DNA from: a virus
IMG/VR virus record: IMGVR_UViG_3300017786_000003
Coordinates: 32,001 to 96,000 of that record
Reading direction: 5' to 3' (one strand)
Length of the DNA stretch: 64,000 nucleotides
Shown here: piece after piece, positions 34,501 through 46,200 of the stretch
Layout of the letters: each line of letters starts with the position of its first letter
How positions within the stretch are numbered: position 1 is the first letter of the stretch
Translations under genes and position numbers: made by a program
Notes under the pieces: model-generated
What the model was told of the DNA's origin: nothing
The model's database searches: none
Seen by the model: only the letters and a program-made list of their open reading frames with translations

Positions 34501-37251
34501 ATAAACTAATAACTCTTCTAAGTCTTCTTCAGTAAATACACTGTTTTCACCACCAAAATCTCTGTTAGATCTAGCTCTAATCTGTTCTTTTACAAAATTC
34601 ATAAGTGCATTATCAATAAGTCCTGGCTCACCTTTTAATAGTGCAGATCCTCCAGTAAGTTTATTAAGTTCAATTTGAATATTAGATATAAGCTTTAGTT
34701 GAGAGTTATTTAACTCTCCTGCATCTTTAATACTGTAAAGACCCTCAAAGGTTTTTATAAATCTATTAAAGTTTAGAACAGCAGTTATATATTCAACGTC
34801 TTGTACATTATTAGGATCTTCTATATATTCTGTAAACTCTTGGATTTGTTTTAATGCATCACGTAGTAGGCCTGTATATATAGTAGACCTACCAGCAGAT
34901 CCTACCTCATCACTAAGTGCATAGGTAATATAAGCTGCCTGAGATGCTAGCTCTTCTAATTTTTCTTTCTTAGTACCTTTCATAAAAACTTTACTCTTAA
35001 TCATCTGTAAAGCTTTTTGTTTATCTATAATACCAATACGGTAATCTCTAAGTGCAGAAATAATAGTTTCTGTCTCAGGATTATCAAGTCTGTTTACTTC
35101 TTCTCCTGCTGGATCATTTTCTTGTTCAACATCTTTACCTTCAAAGTCTGCTTCAGGTTCATTCTTATTTAACTCTGCTTGTCTTTGACGTTCAATAGAG
35201 TTATCTACTTTAATTAATTTATTTAAGTTACCTTCTGTTGTATTATCTAAATCATGTTGTTGCCATGAGTCAAATTCAATCTTACCATTAAACTTTTGAT
35301 TTTTTCCTTTGCCTGATATATCTGCAGTAAAGTGTAATGTAGATGCTCCATAAGAGCCATTATCAACCTTGAACCCCATATTCTCAAGCATTCTTCTATA
35401 CATGTTTACTTGAAGACTATGTTGAGCTCTTGTAGATAATTTTGATACACCTCTTTGTTTTAATAGACTATCTGCCTTTAAACTGTTATTAAATTCTTCA
35501 TCATATAATTTTATTCTTCCTCTACCTTTTGCTTTTTCTGCTAAACTTTTTGGTGAGTTAGATAACTTACTCAATGAGTTTTTAGAAGTTTTTAAATCTA
35601 AAACCATGAACTCTCCATTCTTCTTTAGAATTAATAGATCAGCTGTCCCAGCTATTTCTGATGCTGTATCATATAAAATGACTTGAGGTATTAGTATAGA
35701 ACCTGGTGGTGCAATATATCTTAATGCATCACTCAGACTGGTCCATACTTCAGCAGCTTGTTCTTGAGTAAGTAAAGTTAATTGAGATACTGCACTAGAG
35801 AACGGTTGATCACTTGCTATTGTATTTAATAGAGTATCTACATCATTACCTAAATCTAAATTTAGTTGTATTTCTTCTTGGTTTGCAAGTGTACCTTTTA
35901 TTGCTGTAGTAGCAGATGTCATTTTTTTACCTGTAGTAATATTTCTATACTGGTGATCCTTTTCATTAAAAGTTATAATAGGTGAAGTTAGCTCTGGGTC
36001 ATTAAGATTAGCAACTAAAGCATCTTGTTCATAGGTCTCTGGATCCGCAGTCATATGAAATAATCTATCAAGAGCTGCTAGTTGTATTTTGTTTCCTGCA
36101 GCTTGTTGTTTCAAACTATCTACAACTTTTTGTTTTTCTGGAGTTAATGAAAATCTAATACTTCCATCTACTCTAGACTCTAGCTTAAACTGTATACCTT
36201 CTGTATTTAAAAGTTTTGCTATATCACTCATAGATGTGTTAGCATTTATATCTGAAACTAGTATGGGTCTTCCTGTTAAATATTCATTAAGATTATTGAT
36301 CACAGTTGCTAACCATTGTAAAAATTCTTTAACTCTATTTAAAAAACCTTGTGATGGCCCGTTCTCATACTCTTTATTAAAGTGTCTAGACAATGCTTGT
36401 GTTACAATTTCTAAGTCTCTATCTTTTTGTGAAAAGGATCTTTCTGCACTATTGTAAGAGTCTTGTATCTCTTGACTAAGTTCAGGAAAAGTTCTTATTG
36501 ATTCAATCAACAAGTTATCAAATAACTCAGGATTATCTACAGCTATGGCATCTATAAAAGGATGAAGCATTTCTTCTATAGCCATTTCATCTGTTATTCT
36601 CCCTTTGATTAGGTAAGCTACTCCATCAACATAAAATGAATTTACTTTGTTGAATGGTGTATTTTTTTTCTTCCAGTCAGGCATTGAGTCAAATAAAGCA
36701 GACGCTTCTGATACAGACAGCATTTGTATATTAACTTGGGGAAACATTCTTTTAAGGTGCATTACAACGGCTCTAGCTCTTGGTGTATCCCATGATCTTG
36801 ACTCTGGTAATATATCTTTTTCACTAAATAAGTTTTCATTTACAACTACTCTAAATGTTTTAGGAGTTCTTTCTAATGATACTCTATCAGCAGGTATGTT
36901 ATTAATCTGCAAATATCTTTGTAATCTTATTCTATTAGTATTTAAAGTGGATTCATCATACTCTCTTGTATTGGCATTAGAATTATTTATATAGTAATTG
37001 TTTTGGTATTGATGTATTATTCTTTCTCTACGTAAATTATTTAACAGACTTTCTTTAAAGCTTCTTTTTTTCAAATTAAAGGCTAAACTTTTGTTCCTTA
37101 AATAATCAGCCGCTTCTACAACTGTAGGAAAAGTATCTACATTGTTAGCATCTTGCCATGCATTTATAATATTATTAGTCTGCAACTCTGTTTTATAAAC
37201 TGATTGTAGTACTTTATACTCTGCTGTATTTTTATTTGGACATCTAGCCAT
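31531..37251 (-). CDS. Large virion cargo protein with degenerate zincin-like and PD-(D/E)XK nuclease domains
   Basis: 1906 aa directly downstream of the vRNAP. Contains AIEEMLHPF, and FNEKDHQY...IAGTADLL...VLDLKTS...QVNMYRRML. Confidence 0.75.
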   Translation of the reverse strand: MARCPNKNTAEYKVLQSVYKTELQTNNIINAWQDANNVDTFPTVVEAADYLRNKSLAFNLKKRSFKESLLNNLRRERIIHQYQNNYYINNSNANTREYDESTLNTNRIRLQRYLQINNIPADRVSLERTPKTFRVVVNENLFSEKDILPESRSWDTPRARAVVMHLKRMFPQVNIQMLSVSEASALFDSMPDWKKKNTPFNKVNSFYVDGVAYLIKGRITDEMAIEEMLHPFIDAIAVDNPELFDNLLIESIRTFPELSQEIQDSYNSAERSFSQKDRDLEIVTQALSRHFNKEYENGPSQGFLNRVKEFLQWLATVINNLNEYLTGRPILVSDINANTSMSDIAKLLNTEGIQFKLESRVDGSIRFSLTPEKQKVVDSLKQQAAGNKIQLAALDRLFHMTADPETYEQDALVANLNDPELTSPIITFNEKDHQYRNITTGKKMTSATTAIKGTLANQEEIQLNLDLGNDVDTLLNTIASDQPFSSAVSQLTLLTQEQAAEVWTSLSDALRYIAPPGSILIPQVILYDTASEIAGTADLLILKKNGEFMVLDLKTSKNSLSKLSNSPKSLAEKAKGRGRIKLYDEEFNNSLKADSLLKQRGVSKLSTRAQHSLQVNMYRRMLENMGFKVDNGSYGASTLHFTADISGKGKNQKFNGKIEFDSWQQHDLDNTTEGNLNKLIKVDNSIERQRQAELNKNEPEADFEGKDVEQENDPAGEEVNRLDNPETETIISALRDYRIGIIDKQKALQMIKSKVFMKGTKKEKLEELASQAAYITYALSDEVGSAGRSTIYTGLLRDALKQIQEFTEYIEDPNNVQDVEYITAVLNFNRFIKTFEGLYSIKDAGELNNSQLKLISNIQIELNKLTGGSALLKGEPGLIDNALMNFVKEQIRARSNRDFGGENSVFTEEDLEELLVYAPDITDMDYQTRDMATSPDVILAIMDKIYKAAMQKMLDKISVQKDMVLQAADKLIKLSAETDPQKIYNFMAKDDGTYVEKIGPNYKNKQHELRQKTFDSDGKPRLYYDIPNTFKAKPEELEHNKQLAEDKAALGNFFKAEQVDDAGNIIDGDIHRYTQEFKDARDIHEYAIVNTEIGFIKWKKRATVSEAEYIQYKAKYFMPNEEKLRPVYFKGQPTGATVFNEGSNAFPKTEYREIKDDALIDGESVLSPEYLKIMNPTDALGQAQKEYYEMWTAVYKQQLEKLPPGHITNMLGRLPVVQQKMLAEVKGKKNFIARKWAETVENVSMFTQGTSQQKGVTTDELGNVVSTLPIYFTGNARVEGELEKLEAERTELKSKRKKNKIRAREYDIELKKLNGKIARLRATPTVGQISKDLTDSLLKFIAMAQNYETMSTVEDTLNSMVKVLEQREYGSPETDIESFSVVEGAVKKVGQKISSNKLEANAVRRAKKWMSMTFYDNHKISKGMFDKIADKLIQVSSLTYVAFNPFGNFNNYVIGRVNNNIEMLGQRFFNRSSYLRAVKVFNQRAIPDIVSRTSYYMKDLGYVATFGAAKGVGKVDYDPEKANSKYEAFVDMFRMMDKMTDIREQGADTTTGQSWFAKAAEWGYVLQDAAEYNVQTKVGMAMLMDTTIKNSTTGETLSLYDAFTYNPKTHKNELKEGFDTVVEKGGREVAYTDEYRYDLRNKIREVNKQIHGNYAKEDRMVIQSTTLGNLAAQFHKWVMPAFRARYQREYFDENLGWMEGRYISALKFINYALKTAATGNLQFNTYKEGFLKDHDWTGEGGNIDQRAENKLYGFYRTAGEIGIMISVFLLSELMQVMLAGDDDDSELTKRFKNIAKYQADRTYKELVLFTPHPSGLKQQYQMFKSPIAATRTLGELGEALSLSFRTPIAYVYYSDKEFRENSEYVYQNKPRKGELKLAKNWKDVVPIWYTFQKWDSYLKNSDFFIK

Positions 37252-37262
37252 ATCTTAATCTA

Positions 37263-40200
37263 TTAATTTAATCCTAAACATTTTAAATGTTCTTTGAACT
37301 CTTCTTCTGTAAGGTTCACATTAATCTTTCTCATTTCTTCATATTGTTCTATCATAGAGTCTAATGGGAAAAGTTTCTCTTGTTGCAAGATAGGAATATT
37401 ATTTTTGTTTTCTAATAACCTATCATACTCATTTGCTATATCAGGATACTGTTCTTCAACTTCTTCTTCAAACTGAAACTCCATTTGTTCATAAACTATA
37501 TTATCTAAATTACCAGGATCAGATGGAATATACTCTTCTTCCATAGCTTTAAGGACAAGAGCCTCACGTTCATCATTATCCATAACTTCTTGATTATCAA
37601 ATAATTGTTGTTGTATTTCTTGTGTATCAGCAATATTAACAGGTGTAGATTCAGGTCCAGCAGCTTGAACTGTTACAGACCTTTCTGTAGCTTCAACAAT
37701 ACTGCTTTCAGTTTTTATTGCTTCTTCAACTGGATCAAAAGCTATATCTGTTGTTTGAACAGGTGCATCTATTTGATTTTCTTCAGAATAATTCTGAGCA
37801 TTTTTTCTATCTATAAAATTATTATTTTCTGATAGTGTTGGTCTATCTCCAAATATAAATCCAATAGGAGTTTGTTGCTTAGATCCCATAGGTTGAACTC
37901 TTTTATATACAACCTCCTTTTTAGATGCAAGATCACGTGTAAATAAAAAGTAATCTATATTTCCAAATTCATTTATATTACCTAATCTTACAAAAGCAAA
38001 ACTTTTTTCCTGATTTTCTTCTGTATTAAATACTAAATTTCCATCTTTAAATGAGTATCCTTCTGGCAGGCTTCTTCTTTCCTGTGCTGGACCACCTTGA
38101 TATATTGTTTTAACATATTCTTGAGAAGAAGTAGATAACAAATAATTGTCTAATAATGTTTTTTCTAAGTCAGCCTGTGATAAACCAAAAACAGACTCAA
38201 ATGTAGCTTTTCCATTTAAAGCCTTTTGCACATTGTTTACTTGATTCAAATAAGTATTTAAGGTATACGGACTAATTGCTTCTAATAAACTTGCATAACC
38301 TAATTCTAAACCATCCTTAACCATTATGTAATTAATAATAGCTTCAGCAGACTTGCGTGTTTCAATTGTATTATATAACTGAGCAAAGCTGGTTTGTAGA
38401 TCTATTTTTTGTGAAGATGAAAGATTTCTAAATGTATTAGCTTGTGCTAAATTCATTCCTGTTTTATTATTTGAGTTATCTGCAGACAGTAAAAGCACAA
38501 AGTTTTGTAAAAAGAAATTATCTGCTAGACTTTCTCTTTTTTGTAAATCTTGTACAACTGAAATAATAGACTGAACTGATTGTCCATCTATTACTGGTTG
38601 AGGATAAACAAAACTATTAGATAATGTTGCGGCTAGTTGACCATCTGTTTGTAAAGCATTATGTAAATAAGCTTGCAGTGTCAAATAAGATACAATATTC
38701 AATGAGATATCATTTTGTATTTTAGTTATCTCTGGAGTTACTGGTATATCCATCCCATCTAAGAGTTTGGTGTACATACCTACAAAAGGCTTTGTAGAAG
38801 ATATAAAGACTTCAGGAAGTAAAACATCTGTTAGCTGATTAACTATATTTACATATGTACCCCTCCATGTATCATTATATAAATCACTTACGGAAATTAA
38901 TCCCTGGGTTTTAAGTTCTTGAATTGTTCTTTTTAAGTTATTTAGTTCTACTATGCTACTAGGTAATCCTTTAGTAAGGCTTGTTATCGCACCCATTTTA
39001 CTAGTAACTTCAACCAAACCAGAAATCTTAATTAGTTCTTCTAAAGCAGACTTTGTAACATCTTGACTATCCACTAGGTTACCATCAATAAAATCATACA
39101 TCAACTCTTTAGTTAACTTAGTAGATTTTATAGATTTATATTCGTCTGACCTTAATATCTTTTCTGCATAAGTTGTAAGCTTTATTCCTGAATCTACTCT
39201 TGCATTAAAAGCATCTTGAATTACTGGAAGATTAATAAATAAAGTAGCTACTTCTAAAGGTACTCCTAATGCAATCATGTTAGCCATTACACTCATTGCT
39301 GGTTTACTTAAACCAAGTTTAGATATATAACGGTCTTTAGCATTATCTACTGCAATAGATATTAAAGCAGAAAGTGTATCCTGCTTTCTTTGGAGACCAC
39401 CTACTTCAGTTGACTCAGCAAAACTATCATACTTAATACCATCTAATTCAAAGGCTCCATTTACAAGCTTGTTACTTTTGAGCCAGAAGTCCCAATCTAG
39501 TTTCTTTTTACTTTCAGTTAATAAACTCAAATATAAATTAGGTAATACCACTGCACCAATAGATGCACCTTTATTAGATTTAAATGCTTTTGTCTTTCCT
39601 AGTAAATTATCTACATCAACATTATCTTCTTGTAATCTATCACTAAATACCTGAGATTTTCCTGCTAACACATCTAATGTAGTTTTTACAATATTGTCAT
39701 TTGCTGGAGAATAAGCTATAGGTATTCCTGTGCTTGATTCTGTCATACCTCTGTTACCTACTAAAGCATATCTATAATCTAATACTTCATTATTATAAGG
39801 AGCTTCATATGGAAAACCATGATCTTCTTTATATTTTGCGTACTGTGCTTTAGTTACAGGTAAACCTAACATCATTAATGCTTTTCTACTTTCTTCACTA
39901 ACAGGACCATCCGGAATAGTTACTAAATCTACTTCAGCATCACTAAGTTGGTGTTCTGGTTTTACAGCATTATCTTTATATTGCTCTAAAGATTCAGAAT
40001 AAATAGTTCCTGGCTTAGTAACTTTTTCATTTACATAATTAATATATGCATTATACTCTTCAGTTAAAGAAGCCTCTTTACCATATTCTACAAATTGACC
40101 ATCTTTAATATAGTACTCTTTCATCAATGCAAATACTTTATCTATGTCAAAATCAGCACCAGAAGTTTCTATTAGTTCTTGAGCAAACATTGCTGAAGAC

Positions 40201-43200
40201 CCATAATAGACAGGCATAAAGTCTACTAATTTCATATTTACAGAAGAGTGTTTATCCTGAGAAGGTATTCTCACACCAAAAAACTTAGATATAACACTTG
40301 GCATTGATGCATCAACTTTATCTTCTATCATTTCCATAACATCTTTGTCATGTGCTGGCATCATAAACTCAGTATATCTTTGTCCAGTCAAACTTTCTGG
40401 GTCTTTAGGATCAGTATACTCCATTAATCCAGATCTTAATCTGTCTAGAATAACTACACCGTCTTTGCCTGGATCTACACCTAACCAACTCTGTGGTTTA
40501 TTTGAGTCAGTATCATTTGTTGACTCAAATATTTCTGGTTTTGTAGACATAGCTTCCCATTGCTTTTGTCTTATTATTTCTGATCTTAATGGCAAACCGT
40601 TTTCATCAAACTCATACACACGTCTATATACTTTATTACCATAATCAGATACCAGATTTACAGTAACACCAGGAACACGTTCTGCTAATACACCTCTACT
40701 AAAGTATGACATGAATAATGATTCTGCTTTTCTTACAGAAATAGCATTATTTAAATTGTAAGATATACCAGCATCATCAGCAAAAAATTCTAATAGATTA
40801 GATGAAGCTTGAGATGCTTTTAGACCAGCTGTTGCATACCTTAAAAATGCTGCTAACTTTGGAGTAATAACATTATCCTTTTTAGATAAAGTAAACTCAT
40901 CCATTGCAGTTTGAAAATCAAAGACTAAGTTTCTTCTATTCTTATATTTAAATAATACTCTATTAGATAATGCATCACTGTATGCTTTTCTAACATCCGC
41001 AATGGTCATAGTAGTACCATCAGGATTTTTTAATCCTTCAACTTTGACTGAGTCATCTTGTTCAGAAGTAACTAATTCTTTTATCTGAGACATGTCTACT
41101 ATGTCCATTTTATTAGATGGACTTACAACTTGAAGACCCATATATCTTGCATCTAAATCAGTAAACTGTTCAGATTTTAATTCTGTTTCATTATTAAATT
41201 CAGATATATCAACAACATTCCTTTTTTCCATTTTCACAGCAGACACAGGAGCAGCAATAGATATTGTTTGTTCTCTTGCCTCTTGTGCTTCCATCTTAAC
41301 TCTAAGATTATGTAACTCTACTCTGTTAGGTTTTGCAACCCAAACACCTTTATCAGCATTCCAATCAGAAGTATAATCTTTGGTTAGTACAAAAGCAGAC
41401 ATCTTTAGATATGTTTTACCATCTCCATAAACTAATTTCTTAGAATTAATTAATGCTTGTGCTTTAGCTAAACCGGCTTTATTATCATAACCAAAGACTC
41501 TATTTCCAGTTATTGGCTCAAGACCTACATCTAAATGATCAAGCAGTTCAACTTGTTCAGGTTTTAAAAGACCCATACCAAACCATAAATATCTAAACGC
41601 TTTAGTAGTCATATACATTTGAGCATCTGCCTTATCAATTGAAGCGTTAGAGAAAGAAGATACACCTTGTGGCTCAGTAAAGCTTATTAATGATATTTTT
41701 TCTACGCTGTGTAGTACCCCTTGATCAGGTGATGGAAATGCACTATAAGCATTATAATAAGATGCATTTTGCATTTTGGCTCTCTTTATCTTATCAACAG
41801 GATCCTTTAATGATGTTGCTTGATCTCCTAGTAATATCTCATTTATACTGAATGTATTTATATAATCATTAACAAAAATCTGTTTTAGATTATAATCAAA
41901 GTTATCTGTAAGATTTAATAGTTCATTAGATCTTTGCAAATCTGGTGTACTAAATCCTTGAGCTCTTACTAAACCTTGCTTGACCTTCTTAGAAATTAAG
42001 TCTGATGCATTTTCTGATTCTATTACCTCTTTAAACTCTGTAACTTGGTTTTCAAGATTATCAACAACAACCTTTCTTAATGCTGTCATTCCTGCTGCAT
42101 TTTCTAATGCTTGATCAAGAGTTATAGTATTACCTTGTTCACCTTGTAGTTTAGCAATAGATATAAGTTTATTTTTTAGTTCTTCAGATAATAAAACTCC
42201 TGTATTAAAAAATGTATATGCTCTACCACCTTCTGTATTATAACCTCCTACTGTATCTTTGGTTGCAGTATCTGGGTTAAATTCTCTGTTAATCCTTGCA
42301 AACTCATTTCTGATATTATTAACTATAATGTCTACAGCTTCTTCAGTAAGTTTAACTTCATTCCCAACAAGCTCAACAGCTTTAATTACAGGTAAGTCAA
42401 TTTGATCTCCTGTATTAGATGCTTCCATTACTCTAATGAGCACGGATGCAATAGCACGCTCTTGAGTATTACCTTCTTCATCAAGGTATTCTACTGTACT
42501 AACTTTACCACTTTTAGTATTAACGTTTGCAGTATAGTTATTTAATAAAGTTGATAAAAACTGTCTAGGACTAAAGTCACCATAAGTATCAGTACCTAAT
42601 ACATTACCTGAAATATCTTCTCCTGTTATTCTATCTTTTTGTTTAAGACCTGCTACTCTAAGAACTTTTAGTCTATTAGTAAGAGAAAGTTTTAAGAACG
42701 CAGGATCATTTAATAAATAATTATTTTCTAAAGCAGGATCCTCAAGTTTTCTTTGTATGTTATTTGGATCATTAAGTTCTGCTATTGATGTTAAATGATA
42801 TGTACCATTTTGATGTGCATAAACCAAATCACCATTAGCATTTCTAAATACAGAAGCACCTATTGTCTCATCAAACATAGCATTACTTTCTGCCATAGCT
42901 CTAAGTCTACTATTCATGCCCATTTCACCTGTATCAAATATGTCTTGATTTCTTTGAATTTGTCTAGACATTTGCTCTATATCTTCAAGTACCAGTCTTT
43001 GTCCATTAGGATTTAAATTTAATAATGCAATCTGAGATGGTTTCAAAGCATCAGTAGACTTAGCTGCAATAAAATTATATTTTAAATAAAGCGGACTAAA
43101 TCTAATACCTACATACTGATATATTTGTTCAGATAGCTCTTTTGCTTTGTTACTTAATACCTCATCTGTTTCTGTTTCACTATTCAATGATATAGCATCA

Positions 43201-46200
43201 TACAAATCTTGTATTGCATCAACAGCTTGATTTTTTCTTTTCTTATCAGATATAAGTTTTTCTTGTTTATATAAAAACGCTTGTGCCCATCTATCCATTT
43301 GTGAATTAATATCATCACGTTGGGCAGCAGAATAAACTAAGCTATTACCTTGTTGGTCTATCTCAGTAAATATATACTCAACTCTAAAGTTTGAGAAACC
43401 TTTTATAATTTGTTGTAAGAGTAAAGGATCTTTAATTGGCAATGACAATGCTGACCCATCAAGTATTGCTTGTGGATTTATTTCTCCAAAAGTATCTAAT
43501 AATATTCTATCTATTACTGCACCAGAGTTCACATTAGACTGTCCAAATAAATATAAACTTTTTAATATGTCTATAGGAGCAGTAAGATTCTTAACTGATT
43601 TTAAAATACCATTATATGCCTCATTAAAATTAACAGGAACTATTAATGGCTCACCTTCTACCAATATAGTATTACCAAAATAATCTTGTTCTGTTACAGT
43701 AGTAGTTGCTAAGTAAGCTCTTAAGAAACCAGGTATACTATTTATTCCTCCTATGTTTGAAGCATCTGTATCAAATTGTGATGCAGATCTAATACCTGTT
43801 ATATCTGAAAAGTATTCTTCATTATACACAGCATCTACTAATTGACCATTAATGATATTTAAATATTCAAATACTTGTTCTTGAATAACATCTTCAAACC
43901 TATCAAAGGCTAAACTTATTTCTGTTAGTCTTTGTTTTTGTATGTCTGATCTTTCTGCATTAATTGGATTTTCAATATTATATAAATTTCTAAAGTTATC
44001 TAATACCTCATTCATTACTTCTCTAGGACTATATGGTCCTTCTGATGCAGCCTTGCGTTCAGCTTGAATATAATGTGCAGCAATACCATGTATAAGTGGA
44101 TTGGCAATATTGTTACTTAAATACAAGTTTCCTTTTACACCATTTTGAGTAATCTCAGCATATGGTACTAATGCATTTGCCTCAGAAGCAATACCAACTT
44201 GCATATCTGCAGTGAATTGATTTCTAACCAATGATGCTCCTTTAAACTTACCAGCATCTATAGATTCAAATAAACTATCTAAAGAAGCAAGTTCTGTCTT
44301 AGCACCTAACACAGATTTAATCCATTCCATTATTCTATTAAAGAAAGACTTTATAATACTATTAGTCTTTGTACTCTTAGGATTCATTTTAAATTTTTCA
44401 AATTCATCTGCTAAGTACTCTTCGTAATATTCTCTTTCTAATTCTGCTCTAGTCATATTTGCATATGTATCAGCAGAGTTCTTAAATTTCTGAAGTTCAA
44501 TTTCTAAACTCTTTCCTTCAGATCTAAGTTTTGCTCTCACTTCTTTTTTAGCTATACCAATATACTGGTTTATTTGCTCATCAGTTAACAACATTCTAAA
44601 CACACCGTGAAAAGCCTCATGATATTTAAATGGAGAATTTGCTCCTGTGTATATTGTACCATTAATCTTTAGTTCACCTGCAATCTCCTTAAGCACCATT
44701 ACAAAAGCACCTACTCTAACCCCTCCTGCTTTCAGGTTATTACCTAAAGTCTCTATATCAGCTGTAGTTATAAAATCAGGTAATGCTCCTTCTGCCCATG
44801 TAGTAAAAGTATTTATATCTTCAATATCTTCTGGTTTGAGTTCTGAAGTATCTCTTACAACTTTATTAGCACCTTTATCTAATTTTTTTCTAAGCTTTAA
44901 AAGGTTTTGGTATTTCTTACTTTCTCTTAGGACTTTACCTTTTTCTTTAAAAGGCACGCCTTGTGTAAGTTCTTCTTTTAATTTATCTAGTTCAATTATT
45001 ACATCTGATAAAGATGCTACTTCATTAGTTGGATTTTCTATTTCAGAAGTATCTATTCCTTGTTTCTGTTTAGAATTAACTAATAAAGTTATTTCAGTAA
45101 TCCTAGCTGATTCAAGTTCAGTTTCTCTTTCCGTAAGTTCTTCTCCAGCAACTCTTTTCTGTACTATCTTATTTATATATTCAACAGGTACTGATGCAAA
45201 TCCTTCATCTTTATAATCAGCAAAGTCTTGATCAGAAATTTCTTCTAGTTCTACAAAAACAGTGCTTGATGCTGGAGCCCGTGGTACTGATACATCTTGT
45301 TCTGGTGCATCTTCTGTTTGTGTATTAACACTATTAATAACTTTAGTTAATTGTAATGCTTGTAAAACACTTTGACTACTTGCATTCAGTAAAAGCTTCT
45401 GTGGCACAATTACATTATTAGCCACAGGTGTTGTTGTATTATTTATAATAGTATTTACATCTGTATTCCTAGGCAAGTGTTCTCTAAAGTTTTTACTACC
45501 TAATACAACAGTTTTTCCTTTGAATTTTATTTCTTTATTAACTTCATCATTATTAAACTTTTCTATTAAGTTACTTAGTTTCTTTGCAGGAGTAAGACCC
45601 TCTTCAACTTTATTTACTTCATCTTTATCTAATTCATAAAATGTTCTTTCTTTAGTAAGCTTATTATATTTTAATAACTGAACTTTACCAAACTTATCTA
45701 CTTTTAATTCTAAATCATATCCTTGAGCAAAACTAATAAATAAAGAATTCTCTAAATCTATATTGAATTGTTTTGGATATTTATTATTTTTTTGTACCTC
45801 TTGAGCTTTTGTTATTAAGCTTATTGCTAAATCATTCATTTGCTGAGGAGTATAAGATCTAGCCTTTAAAGGAACTAATACATAGGTACCATTAGGTAAA
45901 AGAACTGCAGCTCTATATCTATCACTATTTTGTCTAATACCTGAAGAATTACCTTTGCTTTGTTCAACCATCTCTGACCATTGTCCAGACTTTTCTAATC
46001 CTGCTTTAACTTCTTCTCTTAGTTTTTTCTGTTCTGCAAGAGTCTTTTTATTTGTTACTGGTACAACAGTCCCTGCTTGTATATCATAGATTATTAACCC
46101 ACCGGAGTTATCAGAAGTGTTATACTGTAGAGTATCAAATGAGTTGAGTATACCTTTCTGCATATCTAGTTTAACACCTTGCAAACTAAAACTCATACCA

